From: Felis catus
Taxonomy: Eukaryota
Length of the DNA: 64,000 nucleotides
NCBI RefSeq assembly: GCF_018350175.1
Contig: NC_058368.1
Location: forward strand, 36,768,001-36,832,000
Reading direction: 5' to 3'
Translations under genes and position numbers: made by a program
The notes under the pieces: model-generated
Database searches by the model: none
Seen by the model: only the letters and a program-made list of their open reading frames with translations
Told to the model about the DNA's origin: nothing
Shown: positions 36,707-49,042 of the stretch, in pieces
Numbering within the stretch: position 1 is the stretch's first letter
Layout of the letters: each line of letters starts with the position of its first letter

Positions 36707-38757
36707 TTTTGGGAAAGAGGTGAATGGCTAGTGCTCCATAAGGAACTGTCAGCTAAACCTAATCATTGTAGACTCAACTAGCTATTGCCTGGGGTGGACT
36801 CAGAAAGAATGTGATGTTCTTTTCTCCAGAAATGAGGCAAATCCTGTTTCTAATGCTTAGTGTGTGCATGAGTGTGTGGTCCCCTACATGCATGGATTAG
36901 CCCCGGCCAATTTAAATGCCCAGGCTAATCCTCTGGTTTTGTAATTAGGAAAATGGCCCTGGTTCTCAATCCAAAGATATCCCATGGAAATATATCAGCA
37001 AAATACATAGAACAGAGATGCCCTGTTTCCCCAAGGCACTTCTACTTTCAGGTTCTTAACTTCTTAGCTTTTTGTATCCCATGCCTGATTGCGATTCTGT
37101 ACAAAACTACAATGGTAACAGCCTGTCCCAGACTGAATCCCAGCCAGTAACAGCCTCTATCAACCATCTCCTATTTGCACTAGGTTGGAGAAGCAATTAT
37201 ATTATATGCTTAGACTAACCAATGAATAAATACCCTGGAGTCATTTCGAGTGTCACCATTTTCTTTCTATAAAAACTATAAAATTGATCAAGTGAACTCT
37301 TGGATCTGTGGGGGTCAGGGATTATAGATGTCTTTGTTATTTTACCATTATAGCCCTGGTCCCTGAAATCCTTTATCTTGGCTGCATCTGGAGAATTAAA
37401 TGCTGAACCAGTGATGAGTATGAATAAATGACTTGTTTTTTTGGATTAAAAATTAACCGATATTTACAATCCAAAACCACCATAAGCTGGGACCCACCTC
37501 TACAGATGTATTTAGTATTCCTATTATAATAAACACTCTTTGGTTAAAGATAATAAGTTTCTTCCTGTTTATATGACAGGTGTTGGGGATTATTTTAGAT
37601 TTTGACATGCTCCTAAGAGGAAATGCAAACCTGCGCGGTCTGTAGAGGAGGGAGTGAGTGAAATACTTAGATTTGGGGCTATTCCCTTGGCATCCAGGCC
37701 TGAAGAAGACTTGCTTACTGCAGTGATGAGCAGAAACTGGGAACTCAGTGAGAGAGACTTGTGAATCCCAAGCCTCAAGTCTAATGCAATTCTGGAATAT
37801 ATTAAACTTGTTTGTGTCACTGTGTCACCGTCATGCTGATACTGTTCTGGGCACATTAGGCCAGTGAAACCACAGACCTTGGCTGCTAGAGTTCCTGCCC
37901 ATTGCCAGTATGATTAAAGAGAGCCAGGGATTGCCATGGAGCAGGCGTGGAGTTGGTTGTCAGTGCTCTGTGCTTCTAGGCCTTGTCTCTGAATGTGTTT
38001 TCTGGAACTCTGGGGCATTTAATCTCCTTAGTATCCATTTCTTAAGCATAGGCTCTATTAGAGAACTAGATTATTTTGAATAAAAAATTTCCTCCCAAAG
38101 TGAATCTGGGTTAACTGAGCTCATTTGCCAAGCCCAGGCTTGACCACAAATGTTTTTTATTCAAGTGGAAGATAAGCCAAGGCTTGCTTTCAGAGGCTCC
38201 AGAGGGAAGAGCTTTATTATTTCCTTCATGTTTGTAAGATGCATTTGAGGCAGCTTGGAAGAAATCAGACCAGTGAAGAGAAATTATAGGCAGAAAAATT
38301 TCAGTCTAATATGAGTCTCCCCCCCCCCCCCCAACCACTGGGACAACCTAACAGATTCTTGAGAGCAATTGGCTGCTCATTACAATTTTCCATAAATATA
38401 CTATTGGACTATTTTCCATACTGAACTGAACTACATTATTCACTGAATTTGAATCTTAAACTACTTTTAGTTGTGAATTTCCTTGTGGGTAGAGGAAAAC
38501 CACATTCTAAAACTCAGTGTACAAACCCCTAGAGCAACCTCTTTTCCACTGACAGAAGTATAGCCTTGGGCCCAGGCTGCTAGGACACAGGATCCATCAG
38601 AGCTCTTCTCTTCAGGACACTCTGCTCAGGACTCCAGAACTCTCTCAGCCTCTTAGTGACTGCTATGGCTCTGCCTTACTCCAAGGGATTCATTTCAAGA
38701 TGGTGCAGGGAAGGGCACTGAACTGGCAGGTTAGATCTGAGAGTTCTGACTCTGCCA

Positions 38758-38822
38758 TTTTATAGAACATGAGGAAGACATGTTCTATAGAACATGTCTT
38801 TTTATAGAACATGAGGAAGACA
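38758..38822. repeat. 23-bp direct repeat enclosing a 26-bp perfect palindrome
   Basis: TTTTATAGAACATGAGGAAGACA at 38758-38780 and 38800-38822; AAGACATGTTCTATAGAACATGTCTT (38775-38800) is self-complementary. Confidence 0.95.
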
Positions 38823-38999
38823 ATGTTTATCTATACATTCCAAATGTTGGTTTCCTTAAGGTCACTTCTCTAACAACCTAAAAAGGGTGGAAAATGACTT
38901 AAGGAGAGCAAGAATAGTTTTTAGTCTCGGTTTATTTTCCTTGTCCTTGCTGTTTTCTTACAGTGGTGTCATTCAAAAGAGCAAAGGCTATTTAGATAG

Positions 39000-39600
39000 A
39001 ATACCTAGTTTTCTTTTGTGGATCCAACAGTCTCTTAAATGGTATCCCTGATTCTCATCTTGCCCTCTCCACACTTGTCTCCCATGGTTTTTAGAAGGAT
39101 CCTCCAACCAGAGAATCTTCTATCTTTGATTCTGTGCTTAAAAGCTTTGATAGTTTTCATTGTCTTTAAGATTAAGTCCAGATTTCTTGCCATAGTTCAT
39201 AAGTCTGCCCAAGTATCTCATCCCATCTGCTGCATCTGTGCACCTTCCTTTTCTGCATTCCTGGCTAAAATATGCTACATTTATATCAGTTCCTTGAACA
39301 AGTTGTATTATTTCTCAACTCTGGGGCCTCTTACATACCTCATCCTTGTCCTTAAGTATTCTAACCTCATCCCTTCCTCTGTCTAAATTCCACTGTTCAT
39401 TTAGATTTTGGCTTCAAGTCACTTTAACAGCCTTGCTTGACTCCTAGGAAGCACCATGTATTTCTCCTATCACAATACACCGCTGTCTTTCCAGGTATAT
39501 TTCCTGGCATATTGTAAGCTCTGTGAGGTAAGACTTATATGTGCCTAGCATACCGTTATATTTCCAAAAATGTAGCCCAGTACCTGGCACATTGAATGAA
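39000..39600 (+). mobile_element. L2 LINE 3' portion
   Basis: CTGTGCTTAAAAGCTTTGATAGTTTTCATTGTC..TTGTAAGCTCTGTGAGG..CAGTACCTGGCACATTGAATGAA. Confidence 0.7.
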
Positions 39601-39908
39601 TATGTGATGACCTGAGTTTGAACCGTGGTTCTTGAGACTTATTAGCTATGGGGCCTTGGAAAAATTATTTGACCTTTCTACATATCTTTATCTCTAAATA
39701 TCTTCTTATCTTAAATATCTTTAGCTTTGTATCTTTAAAAACTGTCTTCATCTCATGATCTATAATTCCATTTCTTCTCTAAAATTCTATAGTATTAATA
39801 TATTTATGTAGCATTTACATATTTACATGCCATAAACTCAGTGTGGCAAAAGCTTACTATTTAATATTAATTTCTATTTTTAGCACCCATTCTGTTTGGT
39901 GCAGAATA

Positions 39909-39913
39909 ATATA

Positions 39914-39961
<48 letters not shown>
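39909..39961. repeat. (TA)n microsatellite
   Basis: Read directly. Confidence 0.95.
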
Positions 39962-39964
<3 letters not shown>

Positions 39965-42900
39965 GCTAATATAAATATAAGTGGCTTATCATAGGTACTA
40001 AGCACATTATATAAGAAAAATCATTTTGTAAAAGTATAAGGAAATAGTATCAGGAAATCACCATTATTTTTCCAATTTATATATTAGGAAACAGAAACAC
40101 AGAAAGATAATGCTACTTGACTAATGTAATGTCACAAATCCTAGGCATAGCTAGGATTTGAACCCAGAAGATCTGGTTCCAGTGTTGTTGTTCTTAACAA
40201 TATGTGACAGCACATTCAGTACAGTTAGGAAAAAATCATTTAGTGAATTTCAGGTAAACTTAGTGGAATAATTACATCAGTCATTTATTTTTTTTAATTT
40301 TAATTTTAATTTTTAATTTGTTTTACATCAGTCATTTAAATTTAAACTTAGTCCAAGTGGAGAGGGAGAAAACGTGCAAATTTATCATCTTGAGGAGAAG
40401 AAAGTATCTTATATCTTGATCTCAGTCTGGGGTACAGTGTCATTCATTCTGTGTGGTCTTCTTCCGTGATGGCATGTAGAAGTGTCTTCCTTCATCTTCC
40501 CTCTGACCAGGAAGGTCCATGTATTATCCAATGCTTAGTCTGTGAGATCTCCTCTTGACCCATGGGTTCTATCTTAGAACAACCTCTCCTATGCCTTGGA
40601 GAGTCTCAGGACACTTTCAAATGCTCTCTTATTCCACTCTGGTGCCATGGGTATCTCAGGACGTTGCCTCTTTCTCTCAAATTCTTATACCACCATGCAC
40701 ACTACATTTCTGTCATATTCTGCAGGGTTGTGTGGCTTCCACAGGAAACCCAACATTCCTGGGTTTGACTTTGGAAGCAAGGTATCTAGAAAGTGGGTCC
40801 ACACTACTTTAAGATTCTAAACATTAAAGAAAGCTCAGTGATTCCACTTCATGTGTGAGTTGGCCTGAGATTGTGAGTTCCCTGGGCATAGTATCTCAAA
40901 CTGAACTTACTTCTGTTCTAATATCTCTTCTTTATTTCCTATATTAATACTTTAGTTTGGAGGAGATGGTCATAGAAATTGGTTTGGACAAGTTATAAGT
41001 TATCCCCAATATTTTTGTCTAGCACTTGTATTATGGTTTTATTGACTTGAGGCCAAGACTATTATAATATTTTAAAAATCAAGATTGAGTCTCTTCCTCT
41101 GCTTAGGATAATGCTAGCATTTTGTTTTTTACATTTACAATTGAGATTCAGAATTGGAAAATAAAAGAATGAATTTTTAGGCCAAAACTGGGATAAATTA
41201 CCCCTGGATTCCTGTACTTTTAGAGTCATTCTTAGTGTCTGGTGAATATATTTATTTCCTATGTCATCCAGAAGCCACTGTGTGTCAGTCAAAAAGCATT
41301 TTTAAGCACTTGCTGTGGGTACTGCAAGGATAATAGAGCAAGGGTGGATCCTATAGCCCCAGCCCTTGACCCCCTTCTGATATTTCTTAGATGTCAAAGC
41401 CTACACTAATACTGTAAAATCATGCTACTTTGTAGGAGTACATTGCCATTTTCATGTGATATATAGAGTAAGGCCTAAAATATATTTTAAGCGCAAAAGT
41501 AAATAGATTACACACAGCAGACTGGTTCATGTACAGAGAGGCCTGAGGCTGAAAAGAACTAAGTATCTGATCTCTGAAATGATATAATCTGATGTGTTTG
41601 GAAATGACTCCAGTCTATGAAGGATGGAATTGTGAAGACAAATGAGAGAGTCAGCTGCAAATCAAAATGCAAGATAGCAAGTGCATCAATCAGAAGCCCT
41701 GGTAACTTAGGGCTCTAGAAAAAAAAAAAAAATCACACATTGAAGATAAGCAATGCAAATGAAAAATAAAGCCGTGCTTATTTTCCTAATATGCTGAGCT
41801 TAAGGGAAGAGAATTGAAGCCCAAGGCTTTATAGAGGCAGTCAGGCTTCAGAATATACAATCAACCTAAAAAGGAAAAAAAATATATATGTAAATAGCGT
41901 GTTTGCGTGTGGTTGTTTATGTACAAAAAGCCAAACATTTTTCAGGCTAAAAAGAAGGCCAAACAGTAATAACTTTGTTTTTGAAACATTAAGGCCAAGT
42001 GATTTGCATTCATCCATTGTGAAATGAAAATAGAATTTGTCAACTGTTCACGAATAGGACATAAATCTTTATGCCACCTACACGGCAGTGATATACAATG
42101 CCATGTCAAGTAATAACATCTGGTGGTGGGCAGCTGTAAATAGAAAACTAGACAAGGCAAAAGAGAAATCCTTATGGGCTTCTAGGTATAAGCCTTGGAA
42201 AATGGAATATGGACTGTGAGCTTTATTGTTATATGACCAATATTCTATTCAGTATACTGTAAAATATAATTTGGAGTAATGGTTTGTAACCAGGCATAGA
42301 GCTGAGAATATCAAATTGTTTCTTAAGAAGAGAAGTAACATTTTTCTGAAGAGATCAGAGAGAAGAACGAACTAAAACATGTTTTTAAAAAGCCCACACC
42401 AACTGGTAAAAGCATTTCAGCAACAATATGTTTCATTTCTGATGAAAATTTTAGAAATAAATACTAAGATTGTATCACTGCCAGACACTTGTAGAAATAT
42501 TATCTATATTCCTGTAGAGGAAAACTGTGATTCCCAAATGTCAAAACATCCTGTGTATTTCACTAAAGTACAGATTTCCTGAGATATTCTCTGTTTATGA
42601 CAGAGGAAAATAAAGTCTATATATCCTAGAATAAGTTATTGCTGCTCACCTGGTTCACAGTGTATGTGAACAGCAGGCAGACCTCACCGTTGTTCACTTT
42701 CCCTAGCCAGAGGACACCTGCTGGCAAGGAGGAAACTGATTTGAACAGATTAAAATCGACAGTGAATATTAAGGTCAGTCCTGTTTTGTCATCCTTACAT
42801 TTATTTTGCTTTCTCCATGGGAACTAAATGTGGACAAATGGTCTTAATGATGAGAATGGCAGCCTGAACTCTAACGATTCACGCCAGCACTCTGCCGTTC

Positions 42901-44215
42901 GAAGCACACTGCTTCACGCTACTGAGCTGGGTTTCTTTTCCACTAGCCACTCTGACTGCAGGCTAGTCCAACTGTATCACATCCCTGGTATAATTGGAGC
43001 TTGAAAACTGTGGTCTAAAGCCATGCATATGAGACACAGTAATGTCACTTACTAATCACTTCACATCTCAGATCGCATTTTCCTCCAATTAAAATTATAT
43101 TTACATTATCAGATTTTCATGTGATTCAAAAGTGTGTTAAAATATTAGCTATTGCTACTACTTTGAAAGCATTCTGATGACCTTGATTTTTGATTAGCTT
43201 TCCATTATTTCCACATTATGATCCTTTGGACTCCAGTGACCTTCTTTCAAGTTGATCTTCAGAACTGAGTTTCCTGCTATCTGAATTCAGTGAAGTGCTG
43301 TTAAGACTATTCTTTTTCTAGCCTCTGTTAAGTAGCAGTAGGCTAGGATCTTTGCAGTTCTACTGAAATTAAACCCTATGGTCTTTAGTATATTTTATGG
43401 CACTGCTCAAGATTATATTCATGGCCTCTGATAAGCTGGACTTTAAAGAACTTTTATGGACATATCAAAGTCTGACATTTATTACGTTTTTTCCTCCCTC
43501 GGTTTTCTGTGAAATATCTTAGGAACCAATCCGTGAAACACAAGCCCGTTATATTATACTCACTGTCAGAAAAGTGGAAATGAAAAAAGATATGTTTAAA
43601 TCTACATATCTCTTTGGGAAAAATATTGTGTGTAATCTGGTGCCATCAGGAGAGTTCACTAGACCAGAACCTGTGGGCGACAGTGCATTGTTTTCCAGGG
43701 GTTGGTTGCCTATTTCTGTTTCTTTTTTGTCCCTCTGATTCTGTTTTTTTCTAAGTCTCTTTCCTAAACAAGTATAATGTCAGACTCTACAAATAGAAAA
43801 ATATAAAAATTGTGAAGTAATGTTCTCCTTGAATTTATTGCTGGTTGGAACTTTTTAAAAGTAAATCTTCTTTATGGACCATAGAAAAGACTTCATGGAA
43901 TCTAGACATTGTATGCAAAGTTGCATTCAATGTGTTGTGTGAGTGTATGAGTGCATGTTTCTTGTAGGGATTTTATTTATTCTTTGTTTCCAAAATATTT
44001 ATTGAGTATCAATTATATAACAAATACTGTCTCAGCCACTGGAAATAGAGCATTGATGAAAATACTGTTCCTTCCATGATGGAGTTTGCATTCCAGTGGA
44101 GGGCCTGGCTTCCCTCAAATAATCAAAGGGGTATGTGACTCCACCCCACCCTCCAGGTGAATACTACGGTTTTATAGCATTAAGACCATTCCAAGCTTAG
44201 AAAGAGTAAAGAATT

Positions 44216-44390
44216 GGGGCATCTGAGTGGCTCAGTCAGTTAAGCATCTGACTCTTGATTTCAGTTCAGGTCATGATCTCACAGTTGTGAGACTGAGCTT
44301 GCTTGGGATTCTCTTTATTCTCCCCCCCCCCCCCCCCCCCCGCACATATGGGCTCTCTGTCTTTCTCAAAATAAATAAACATAAAAAAAG
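44216..44390 (+). mobile_element. CanSINE with internal deletion and C20 run
   Basis: GGGGCATCTGAGTGGCTCAGTCAGTTAAGC head; perfect 15-bp TSD GAAAGAGTAAAGAAT (44200-44214, 44391-44405). Confidence 0.93.
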
Positions 44391-44568
44391 GAAAGAGTAA
44401 AGAATAGTAAGTGGAACAATTCTTTGGAATTGTCACCTTTCATGTATGATATTTTTAGGCTGCAAAAAGTGCACTCAATAATCTAAGGTATGTTTTCAAT
44501 ATATAAAATATCTCAGAGAGATCACAAATTCAACATGCCTGAACTTGAATTCATCCTGCTCACCCTAC

Positions 44569-45215
44569 TGTACTGGAATTCTCCAGAGAAACAAAACCAA
44601 GGCGGATATGTTGACTATATCTATGTCTATGTCTATGTCTATGTCTATGTCTATGTCTATGTCTATGTCTATGTCTATGTCTGTGTCTGTGTCTATGTCT
44701 ATATCTGTGTCTGTGTCTGTGTCTGTGTCTATATATCTATATCTATATCTATATCTATATCTATATCTATATCTATATCTATATCTATATCTATATCTAT
44801 ATCTACCTATCTATATCTATATATCTCTATAATAGATAAAATAGATATAAGGAATTGGCTTATGTGATTATGGCGGCTGCAAGCTCAAAATTTGCAGAGC
44901 TGATGTCCCAGTTTGAGTCTGAAGGCCAGCAGCCTACAGTAGATCCAAGAAGAACTGCTGTCCCACCTCAAAATCTGAAAAGCAGAATTCTCTCTTAATT
45001 GAGGGGGAAGGTCAAGCTGTTGTTTTATTCAGGCCTTCAACTGATTGGATGAGTCCTGCCCACATTATAAAGGACAACCTACTTTACTCAGTCTATCAAT
45101 TTAAATGTTAATCCCATCAAAAAACATCTTCACAGAAACATCCAGAATAATGTTTAACCAAATATCTGGGTACAACATGGCATAGTCAAGTTGATACATA
45201 AAACTAACCAATACA
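44569..45215 (-). mobile_element. MLT2-family ERVL solo LTR
   Basis: TTCTCCAGAGAAACA..TATAAGGAATTGGCT..TTCAGGCCTTCAACTGATTGGATGAG..AGTCAAGTTGATACATAAAACTAACCAATACA is the reverse complement of MLT2. Confidence 0.9.
44615..44830. repeat. Compound hexanucleotide microsatellite (CTATGT)n-(CTGTGT)n-(CTATAT)n inside MLT2
   Basis: Read directly; explains the YVYV/SMSM/ISIS pseudo-ORFs. Confidence 0.95.
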
Positions 45216-45306
45216 CTTGTAAATCTCGTCTTTAATGGTAGATCCAGGTTGTGTGAGGTTTAAATCTATACAATTGTTGGGAACCCTCTTTAAGAAAAAT
45301 AATGCA

Positions 45307-45507
45307 GGGGTGCCTGGGTGGCCCAGTTAAGTGTACAAGTCTTGATTTTGGCTTAGGTCGTGATCTCGCAGTTTGTGGGATTGAGCCCTGCATTGGGCTC
45401 TGCACTGGCTGCATGGAGCCTACCTGCTTGAGATTCTCTCTCTCCCTTTCCCTCTGCCCTTTTCCTGCTCTCTCTCAAAATAAATAACAAATAAACTTAA
45501 AAAAAAA
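45307..45507 (+). mobile_element. CanSINE
   Basis: GGGGTGCCTGGGTGGCCCAGTTAAG head; TSD AAGAAAAATA(A/G)TGCA at 45292-45306 and 45508-45522. Confidence 0.95.
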
Positions 45508-45717
45508 AAGAAAAATAGTGCAGCATTAGGCATGAAGTTGAATGTTTATTTCAAATGGGAAATAAATCTCAACAAATTACAAGTTAAAAAAACAATACCA
45601 CAAACATCACAAAATTCAGAAAATGTCATTATTCTTAGGAGCTGCCTGATGTTTGTAATACATTTCCCCCATCACTTTTTAGCTGTATACTCATTGGTAT
45701 TTTTTTTTTAACTTTTT

Positions 45718-45943
45718 TTTTTTTTATTTTTATTTTTTCAACGTTTATTTATTTTTGGGACAGAGAGAGGCAGAGCATGAACGGGGGAGAGGCAGAGAGA
45801 GAGAGGGAGACACAGAATCGGAAACAGGCTCCAGGCTCTGAGCTATCAGCCCAGAGCCTGACGCGGGGCTCGAACTCACGGACCGCGAGATCGTGACCTG
45901 GCTGAAGTCGGATGCTTAACCGACTGCGCCACCCAGGCGCCCC
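45718..45943 (-). mobile_element. Young Felis-type CanSINE nested in the tail of an older SINE
   Basis: Near-consensus, CpG-rich body ending CGACTGCGCCACCCAGGCGCCCC; flanks TTAACTTTTTT / TAAACTTTTTT. Confidence 0.96.
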
Positions 45944-45950
45944 TTTAAAC

Positions 45951-45972
45951 TTTTTTCTAATGTTCATTTATT

Positions 45973-46028
<56 letters not shown>

Positions 46029-46198
46029 GGAGAGAGGCAGAGAGAGAGAGAGAGAAGAGAGAGAAAATACCAAGCAGGCCCTGCCCTGCACTGTTAGTGT
46101 AGAGCCAGACAAGGGACTTGATCCCACAAACTGCGAGATCTTAACCTGACCTGAAATCAAGAGTTAGACGCTTAACAAACTGAGCCACCCAGGCTCCC
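45951..46198 (-). mobile_element. Older CanSINE with long (GA)n
   Basis: Long (GA)n tract; head CTGAGCCACCCAGGCTCCC. Confidence 0.93.
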
Positions 46199-47356
46199 TC
46201 TAACTGGCATTTCTTACAGGACAATGATTTCGTTACATCATTTTCAATAGAAAATTCAATCTTTCATTTTTTTCATTGGTGCATGAAAATTGTGTTAGTA
46301 TCGAACACTTTAAAATTTTTGGTTGATTTCAATTGGGAATATGTGAATTTTTAAAACTGTTGACAAATTTTGAAAACCTCTCTCAAATTCACTCTTATGT
46401 GAATTGTAGGATTTCAGAACATTTCAAGTTTTCTTATGTGGTGATTAATTTTATATACTCTTGAATTGGTGATATGCATTAGTTGGTTTGTTGTCAATAT
46501 CTGTATTGTGGTGTATCTGTAATGTTGAATCATGAGTTCTTTATTACTTTGTCAATAGCAATATAGTATGTCAAATCAGCCAGAAATTTAAATCCTTTTC
46601 CAATGTGTTAATGATTCACTACGTTTCATTAATTTATCAAGTAAGGCCTATTTATTACCTCTGTTTGCATTTATCTTTTTCCTTTCCTGAATAATGCTTT
46701 GGGTATGATCTTTTGTTTTTGGTTAGAAGTCACTTTTCAATGTTAGAATAATATAATCTATTGATTTCATTAATAGCTGTCACTTTCATCCCATTACTTT
46801 TTACTTAAATTAAAAACAATTAAAGGTGAAAAAAAGATGAAAAGTAGATATACTTTAAATAAGCCCAAATCAGGAGGTTTGTTAATCCTCACTTATTAAA
46901 ATGTTCCAAAAATTTATTTCCAAGTTGCAAATGCTGACATTTTCCCAGTTGAGCGTTCTCTTAACAGGGTCTCACAAATGCTCATATCTAGACAGTGACA
47001 TGAGAAAAAATGCTATATAAGGTAAGTTTTAATGGAAAGAAATTGGAAGCTATTTTTACCAATTACAATATCCTGATTTTGCAAAGCTTGAAAAAACATG
47101 ATTATATGAACACTTTGTTAGGTCTCCAGACCTTGGAAGGGACCAAAGAAGTGAGGGACCCTAAAAATTTGTTGACTTCATGTTAATCTGCCTTTGTGGA
47201 ATGCCTTCTCTTATTCTCCATGTCAGTGGGCAACATCATGCCAAGCTATGTGGAGCGAATTCAGATACCTTCTTTCTCTTCATATCTAGTTATCAGGTTA
47301 TGTTAATTCACTCATTCTAATGTGGGTTGCTGCAATGATCTTCATTTTGTTCTTAC

Positions 47357-47850
47357 TGTCAAAGAAAAATCACACTGGATGCTAACAAGGAAGACTTTAT
47401 TCAAGACTATTGCAGTGTGAGGAGAGATTGAATTTAACTCTGCCAAAACAGAAGGCAGGAGAGTTTATAGGCAGTAAGGTAAGCTGGTGGAAAAGTACTG
47501 GAGGATGTGAGTGGGAGGTGGTCTGTGTGATTAGGCCATCTGTGTTTGCTAATTGTGGCCCACCAGGTCAGACTCCTACCCTCCCACAGAGATTAAGGGA
47601 TAGGAGCACTATCTTTCTTTAGGATTACATTTCAAAGAAATGGCTCCTAGGCCCTTGAAAAAGACATACTCCCTTTGAAACTGACCAGAGGCTTGGAGAA
47701 ATTTACATCTCAAAGGAGCAAAGAAATAATTTACAATTGCAAGTTTTCTAAAATAAATGCTCTAAGAAAAGGGAGGTCAGGGGCCTAGTCAAGAAGAAAT
47801 CTGTCTAAAGGTTAACCACACTGAGGGGAATGTTAAGGCCCTTTTGGTCA
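47357..47850 (-). mobile_element. MER67/MER31-family ERV1 solo LTR
   Basis: TG...CA termini, ATTTACATCTCAAAGG..TTTACAATTGCAAGTTTTCTAAA..TGCTCTAAGAAAAGGGAGGTCAGGGGCCTAG; 4-bp flanks TTAC/TTAG. Confidence 0.8.
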
Positions 47851-48067
47851 TTAGCTCCTCAATCCTGCCTGTAATATTAAGTCTATATTTCTTGGAATCC
47901 CATACAAGCTACTTTATGACAAAATTCTACCTGTATTTTAAATTATTCTTTGTCATCATGTTGATCAGAAATACTCTTTGTTCCTGCTATCCCTCTGCTT
48001 GGAATTATCATTCCTCCCTTTCCTTCTGGCCAAATTGGATTTGTTCTACAAAATTAAATTCAGTTAT

Positions 48068-48393
48068 TGCATCAATCAGAATACATTAAGTAGATGTCAC
48101 TTACAAACAACCCTGAATTTCAGGAGCTTAAGGCAACAAAGTACATTTCTAGTTTATGCTACATGTTCATTGAGTGGGTATGTTGGTGAGATGTGGCTCT
48201 AATCAAATCCTTTGCTGGCTCTTAAAGTCTTTTAACACTTTCACATGACTTCTGCTTACATTTTCCTGGCACAAGCAGATCACATGGTTATGTTTTGCCT
48301 CAAAAGAGGTGGCAAGTACATTCCTACTTGGAAGGAGGAAAGTAGGAAGAAGGAAACCAGAATAATATGTAAATGGTGTTAAGGACTATCACA
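48068..48393 (-). mobile_element. Old MaLR LTR (MLT1K/L-like)
   Basis: ACAAACAACCCTGAATTTCAGGAGCTTAAGGCAACAAAG..CTGGCTCTTAAAG..AAGCAGATCACATGG..GACTATCACA. Confidence 0.65.
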
Positions 48394-48841
48394 GGAAGTC
48401 ATCAGTGATTATCCATGGACTAGGCTAATGGTTCTAATGCATGGTTACCTTTAAGAATGGTTCCTTTCTCTGAAGCTGATCTTTAAGTTCTGTGTACCAG
48501 AATGACCATGCTAGTTGTAAAATAGCAAAAATACAAACATTTTTGTACCAGTAGTAAAATAGCCAGTGCCTTGACCTGCCAGGTCACTCCCTCTGTTCCC
48601 AGGCATCTTTGCCTTTTTCCCACATTTCTTCTATCTCTCTGCAATGAGAAATGAGAGTTGCAGTGAGAGTTGAGAAAGGGTCCTTCAGAATCCTCCTCTA
48701 TTTGTAGGTCTCCATTTTGATGGATTGGTGTCCATGTTCTAAGAGTTAAATATTTTGAATATTGCCCAGCGTCTTTTGTAACAAACATTATTGTAATGTC
48801 TACATGTCTGTCTGTCTGTCTTATTAGATTTCAAATTTCTT

Positions 48842-49042
48842 GGGGCGCCTGGGTGGCTCAGTTGGTTAAGCATCTGACTCTTGATTTTGGCTCAGGTCAT
48901 GATCTCACTGTGGTGAGAATGAGCCTTGAACCTGGTTAAGATTCTCTCTCCCTCACCCTCGGCCCCTCCCCCATTCACTTGCACGTACATGCTTTCTTCT
49001 TCCCTCCCTCTCTCTCTGTCTCTCTCTCAAAAAACGACAACT
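48842..49042 (+). mobile_element. CanSINE inserted in an L2 3' end
   Basis: GGGGCGCCTGGGTGGCTCAGTTGG head; TSD 13/15 identical (48827-48841, 49043-49057); L2 tail CTCAATAAATGATTATTGAATTGAA downstream. Confidence 0.93.

Larger units (their letters stand above)
45233..47196 (-). mobile_element. Zaphod-like hAT-Tip100 DNA transposon fossil interrupted by three SINEs
   Basis: Left end GATCCAGGTT..TATACAATT..CCCTCTTTAAGAAAAA; right end CCTTGGAAGGG..AAGTGAGGGACCCT..AATCTGCCTTTG; minus-strand FSIENDVTKSLS (about 46254-46219) resembles the hAT C-terminal dimerisation domain. Confidence 0.7.

Noticed and set aside
42642..42676. Hairpin GTTCACA-GTGTA-TGTGAAC containing CAGTGT, as a possible iron-responsive element or pre-miRNA
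   Set aside because: CAGTGN is not closed by the required 5-bp stem with a C bulge, and the stem is too short for a pre-miRNA.
44490..44867. 125-aa and 95-aa ORFs with YV/SM/IS dipeptide repeats
   Set aside because: Read-through of the compound microsatellite inside MLT2.
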